Positions 60,650-64,000 of a DNA stretch of 64,000 nt are shown here, in pieces. The translations under genes were made by a program, and so were the position numbers. This DNA comes from an uncultured Nitrospirales bacterium (GTDB lineage Bacteria; Hydrogenedentota; Hydrogenedentia; Hydrogenedentales; Hydrogenedentaceae). Position 1 is the stretch's first letter. Every line of letters begins with the position of its first letter. The stretch lies in assembly GCA_964549105.1 (NCBI GenBank), contig CAZJTZ010000001.1, positions 284,632-348,631 on the forward strand. Reading direction: 5' to 3'. The notes beneath the pieces were generated by a model that was not told the DNA's origin, searched no databases, and saw nothing but the letters and a program-made list of their open reading frames with translations.

Positions 60650-62116
60650 TTGTTTATGAAAATGAAAATTTTTTCTATATGCTTATGTGTATCTATATTT
60701 TTACTCCTATCCTTTGTTAGAACAGGATTTTCTGAGGAGGTTTATAACATAAGCAATCGCAGGGAAATATTTATTGATAATAAGTTGATTGGATACATGG
60801 AAAATGCGTCGTTAAAATTGTGCGAACCCATTGCTGCCGAAAAAGTCTTGTATTTTGACAAACCCTGGGAAGGAAAATACAGTGGCTATATCACTTTAAT
60901 ACATGATAAAGACACATATCGCATGTATTATAGAGGACTTCCTACATCAAAACATGATGGCTCAGAAACTGAAGTTACTTGCTATGCAGAGAGTTCCGAT
61001 GGAATTCATTTTACAAAACCATCTCTTGGATTATTTGAGGTTATGGGGACAAAGGATAATAATATAGTCCTTGCCCATGACCCTCCCTTTTCTCATAATT
61101 TTGCTCCTTTTCTCGATGAAAAACCAAATATCCCTAAAGAAGAACGGTATAAAGCAGTTGCAGGTATCCATAACAGCGGACTATTTGCATTTGTCTCTGG
61201 TGATGGAATAAATTGGCAAAAGCTATCGGACCAACCTATATTAAAAGAAAAAACATTTGCACTTGACTCTCAAAATGTGGCTTTCTGGTCAATATCCGAA
61301 GGAAAATATGTTTTATATTTCAGGAGTTGGAACGGGCCTAATTCTGAATTTCGCTGGATTAGCCGAACTACAAGTACAGATTTTATAAATTGGGATGAAC
61401 CTGTTGTAATGGACAAAGGAAGTGCTCCATGGGAACATATCTATATTAACCAGACCATTCCTTATTTCAAGGCACCGCATATATATATCTCTCTGGGTGC
61501 TCGTTTTGTGCCCGGCTGTAAAGCACTTACCGATGAAGAAATCAAGTTGCTTGGTGTCGAAGAAGCCTACAGCCATGACTGTTCCGATGTTATTCTAATG
61601 AGCAGTCGTGGAAGCAATATTTATAATAGACTTTTCCTGGAAGCCTTTATCAAACCGGAATATCCCATTGAAAATTGGGTTTCTCGAACCAATTATCCTG
61701 TTCGAGGAATTGTCCCTGCGAATGATTATCAAATGGCTATCTATATCCATAAAAACTACGCCCAGGATACTGCTTATGTCCAGAGATACTTACTGCGTCT
61801 TGATGGCTTTACCTGTGTAAAAACGGGATATCTAGAAGGATTGATTAAAACCAAACCTATTATCTTTAAGGGCGAAAATCTATACTTGAATTTTGCCTCA
61901 TCCGCAGTAGGCTATATTCAGGTAGAAATACAGGATAAAGAAGGAAAACCCATCCCGGGTTATGAACTAAATGAATCTATCCCTCTCATTGGAAATAAAA
62001 TTGATATGAAACCTACATGGAAAAACAATAAAAATTTATCAGATTTGCAGGGAATACCTATCATACTCTTGTTTAAGATGAAAGATACAGACTTGTTCGC
62101 CTTTCAATTCAAATAG
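60650..62116 (+). CDS. Secreted BNR/Asp-box repeat beta-propeller protein (sialidase-like glycoside hydrolase superfamily).
   Basis: Signal peptide MKIFSICLCVSIFLLLSFV. Asp-box-like motifs SSDGIHFTK, SGDGINWQK and STDFINWDE. Confidence 0.55.
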   Translation: MFMKMKIFSICLCVSIFLLLSFVRTGFSEEVYNISNRREIFIDNKLIGYMENASLKLCEPIAAEKVLYFDKPWEGKYSGYITLIHDKDTYRMYYRGLPTSKHDGSETEVTCYAESSDGIHFTKPSLGLFEVMGTKDNNIVLAHDPPFSHNFAPFLDEKPNIPKEERYKAVAGIHNSGLFAFVSGDGINWQKLSDQPILKEKTFALDSQNVAFWSISEGKYVLYFRSWNGPNSEFRWISRTTSTDFINWDEPVVMDKGSAPWEHIYINQTIPYFKAPHIYISLGARFVPGCKALTDEEIKLLGVEEAYSHDCSDVILMSSRGSNIYNRLFLEAFIKPEYPIENWVSRTNYPVRGIVPANDYQMAIYIHKNYAQDTAYVQRYLLRLDGFTCVKTGYLEGLIKTKPIIFKGENLYLNFASSAVGYIQVEIQDKEGKPIPGYELNESIPLIGNKIDMKPTWKNNKNLSDLQGIPIILLFKMKDTDLFAFQFK

Positions 62117-62130
62117 TAAAGAAAGGAACT

Positions 62131-63231
62131 GTGTATATGCTTCTTTTTATTCTATTATCCTTTACTTGCTTTTCTAATCAAGATATGAATATTGAGCAAG
62201 TCCCTTTTTACAAAGATAAAACGAATCTGCTCTACTATATTGACAAATCAGGAGAGATTCAAAAGATAAGAAATAAAACAGACTGGGCTATAAGAAAAAA
62301 TCATATTCTCAATAATATGCTTCTGGTCATGGGTCATTTACCAAATCGCTCTTCCCTACCTCCATTGGATATGGAAATTGAAAATGTAGAAGATATGAAC
62401 ACTTATTGGAGAAAGAAGATTTGGTTTAATGCAGAACTGAATGACCGACTTTCTGCATATCTATTAGTTCCTAAAAATATTGATAGAAAATTGCCTGCAA
62501 TTGTTTGCTTACATCAAACAGTAGACATAGGAAAAGCAAGTCCCGTAGGAATAGGGGACCATAAAAATCGTCACCTGGCAAAAGAATTGGCAGAAAGGGG
62601 TTATATTGTAATTGTTCCAGATTATCCGGGTTTTGGTGAATATAAAGTTGATGTATATACAATGGGATATGCAAGTGCAACGGCAAAGGGAATCGGGAAT
62701 CATCGGCGATGTATTGATTTACTTCAATCGTTAGAGGAAGTAGACCCTGAGAGAATAGGTGCGATAGGACATTCATTAGGTGGACATAATACGCTATTCC
62801 TTGGTGCTTTTGATGAACGGATAAAGGTAATGGTAACCAGTTGCGGGTTTACAAGTATGAAAAAATATTACAATGGTAATTTAACAGGTTGGTCACATAA
62901 AGGATATATGCCGCGTATTGCAGAGAAATATCAATGCAATCCAGACTTACTTCCCTTTGATTTTACAGAAGTTCTCGGTATACTTGCTCCCCGTCCTGTC
63001 TTTATAAATGCCCCTTTACATGACCATAATTTTGAAGTAACAGGGGTAGATGATTGTGTTTCATCTGCGAAAAAGGTTTATCAACTATTTAACGCTGAAG
63101 ATAAAATCCAGGTAGTTCATCCCGATTGTGGCCATGATTTTCCCCCTGAAACTCGAGAAGAAGCATATCGTTTTTTAGATAAATATTTGCAGTTTACACC
63201 AAAAATTTCAACTATTTCTAATCTCTTTTAA
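62131..63231 (+). CDS. Secreted alpha/beta hydrolase (dienelactone-hydrolase / acetyl-esterase-like).
   Basis: GTG start. Signal peptide. Nucleophile elbow IGHSLGG. C-terminal HPDCGHDFP (catalytic His context). Confidence 0.7.
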   Translation: MYMLLFILLSFTCFSNQDMNIEQVPFYKDKTNLLYYIDKSGEIQKIRNKTDWAIRKNHILNNMLLVMGHLPNRSSLPPLDMEIENVEDMNTYWRKKIWFNAELNDRLSAYLLVPKNIDRKLPAIVCLHQTVDIGKASPVGIGDHKNRHLAKELAERGYIVIVPDYPGFGEYKVDVYTMGYASATAKGIGNHRRCIDLLQSLEEVDPERIGAIGHSLGGHNTLFLGAFDERIKVMVTSCGFTSMKKYYNGNLTGWSHKGYMPRIAEKYQCNPDLLPFDFTEVLGILAPRPVFINAPLHDHNFEVTGVDDCVSSAKKVYQLFNAEDKIQVVHPDCGHDFPPETREEAYRFLDKYLQFTPKISTISNLF

Positions 63232-64000
63232 TCTTCACTGTTAAATATTCTTCAAAAAATGGGTCAACAAAAATATCTTCTGCTCTCAACCGATAATACT
63301 CTTCGAGTGCTTTCTTATAATCCTTCTCTATAAAAATTAAATCAAGCAAGGGTTTCCATGTTTGATAAATTCCCCCTTCACAGTTTAACACAGAATAAAG
63401 CCATTTTTTTGCTTCCTCTTCTTGATTATCCGCCAATGCAATTATCCCCAGCCCAATGCGTGGTAAAGCAAGGTCGGGATATAAAGCGATTATGTCCTCT
63501 ATTTTTTGCAGGGTAGTTTCAGCATCGCCATGAATAGAGGTCATTATAGCATCCAGACAAAGATAAGATGCATTTAAATCTTTATCCAATTCAATCGCCT
63601 TTTTTAGAAAATAGTCTTTATATTTTGGAGTGATACTTCTCTGGCTCATTTGATAATATCTAAGGGCCATCGTAAATCTTTGCACTTCCTTGCTATTGTT
63701 ATTAAGAGAATTATATAAGTTTTGATACTGCAATTTTTGCAACGGGTCTTTACTTATTAATTTGCTGATTAAAAAAGAAGCACAATCTTTATGATTCGTT
63801 TCAACAAAGGTAAGCACAGGGTCAAATAAAGCAGTCTTTAACAGGTCATTATCTAATTTGTTGTCTTTTATCCCAGGATATTCTACTTCTTCTTGTGGCA
63901 TAATTTTGTAAACACGAATAGGTTCTATGCCCTCAAAATCTTTATACTCATATATCAAATGGCTCTCATTGGCAAGTTGTTCAAATTCCTTTGAGCCCGC
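63218..64000 (-). CDS. TPR-like helical repeat protein, 5'-partial: the reading frame stays open to the window edge.
   Basis: The track ORF starts at a TTG at 63958, but the frame remains open upstream to position 64000 (…AGSKEFEQLANESH-L-IYEYKDF…). Helical repeat composition. Its stop overlaps the upstream convergent gene by 14 nt. Confidence 0.5.
   Translation of the reverse strand, partial: AGSKEFEQLANESHLIYEYKDFEGIEPIRVYKIMPQEEVEYPGIKDNKLDNDLLKTALFDPVLTFVETNHKDCASFLISKLISKDPLQKLQYQNLYNSLNNNSKEVQRFTMALRYYQMSQRSITPKYKDYFLKKAIELDKDLNASYLCLDAIMTSIHGDAETTLQKIEDIIALYPDLALPRIGLGIIALADNQEEEAKKWLYSVLNCEGGIYQTWKPLLDLIFIEKDYKKALEEYYRLRAEDIFVDPFFEEYLTVKIKRD

Noticed and set aside
1-64000. CRISPR arrays, tRNA/rRNA genes, transposases, integrases, phage structural genes, and toxin-antitoxin pairs.
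   Set aside because: I scanned for regularly spaced direct repeats, tRNA cloverleaf candidates in intergenic regions, and DDE/HTH transposase-like ORFs. None were found.

Overview
AT-rich bacterial chromosomal segment of about 58 protein-coding genes, densely packed on both strands. It is probably from an uncultivated Gram-negative lineage rich in TPR and secreted proteins. I found no rRNA, tRNA, CRISPR array, transposase or phage genes.

Most of the window is housekeeping and conserved. The 5' end is a truncated MltD-like lytic transglycosylase with eight LysM repeats. A pyrK-pyrD-pyrF-pyrE operon sits directly downstream of an overlapping radA-disA pair. Also present are ppk1, HU, the yceD-rpmF-plsX block followed by a zinc-ribbon/TPR protein and xerD, and a GlpA-like FAD oxidoreductase / pyridine-nucleotide oxidoreductase / DUF1667 triad.

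Accessory content is a scattered glycan-foraging toolkit and secreted proteins: a cytoplasmic GH38 alpha-mannosidase, a GH33 sialidase with FRIP and Asp-box motifs, a GH29 alpha-L-fucosidase, a sugar-phosphate isomerase and an aldo-keto reductase. There is also a secreted C25 (gingipain-like) cysteine peptidase with a C-terminal dockerin, a secreted two-EF-hand protein, and two thioredoxin-fold proteins.

The most system-like region is a roughly 16 kb co-directional cluster at 47.4-63.2 kb. It encodes a membrane TPR protein, a coiled-coil protein, a PAS histidine kinase, an NtrC-type sigma-54 activator, two tandem paralogous GT-C (PMT/ArnT-like)-TPR fusion proteins, a GT2 polyprenyl-phosphate-sugar synthase, a B12-binding radical SAM enzyme with a non-canonical Cx4Cx2C motif, a BNR/Asp-box beta-propeller and an alpha/beta hydrolase. 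I read it as a predicted sigma-54-regulated periplasmic glycosylation/tailoring system.

A second candidate pathway is a compact four-gene cluster at 25.0-28.3 kb: a divergent fold-III PLP decarboxylase, an SDR, a DeoC-family aldolase and a nitroreductase.

All calls come from reading the ORF translations and the DNA by eye, with no database searches. Coordinates of non-CDS features may be off by 1-2 nt.
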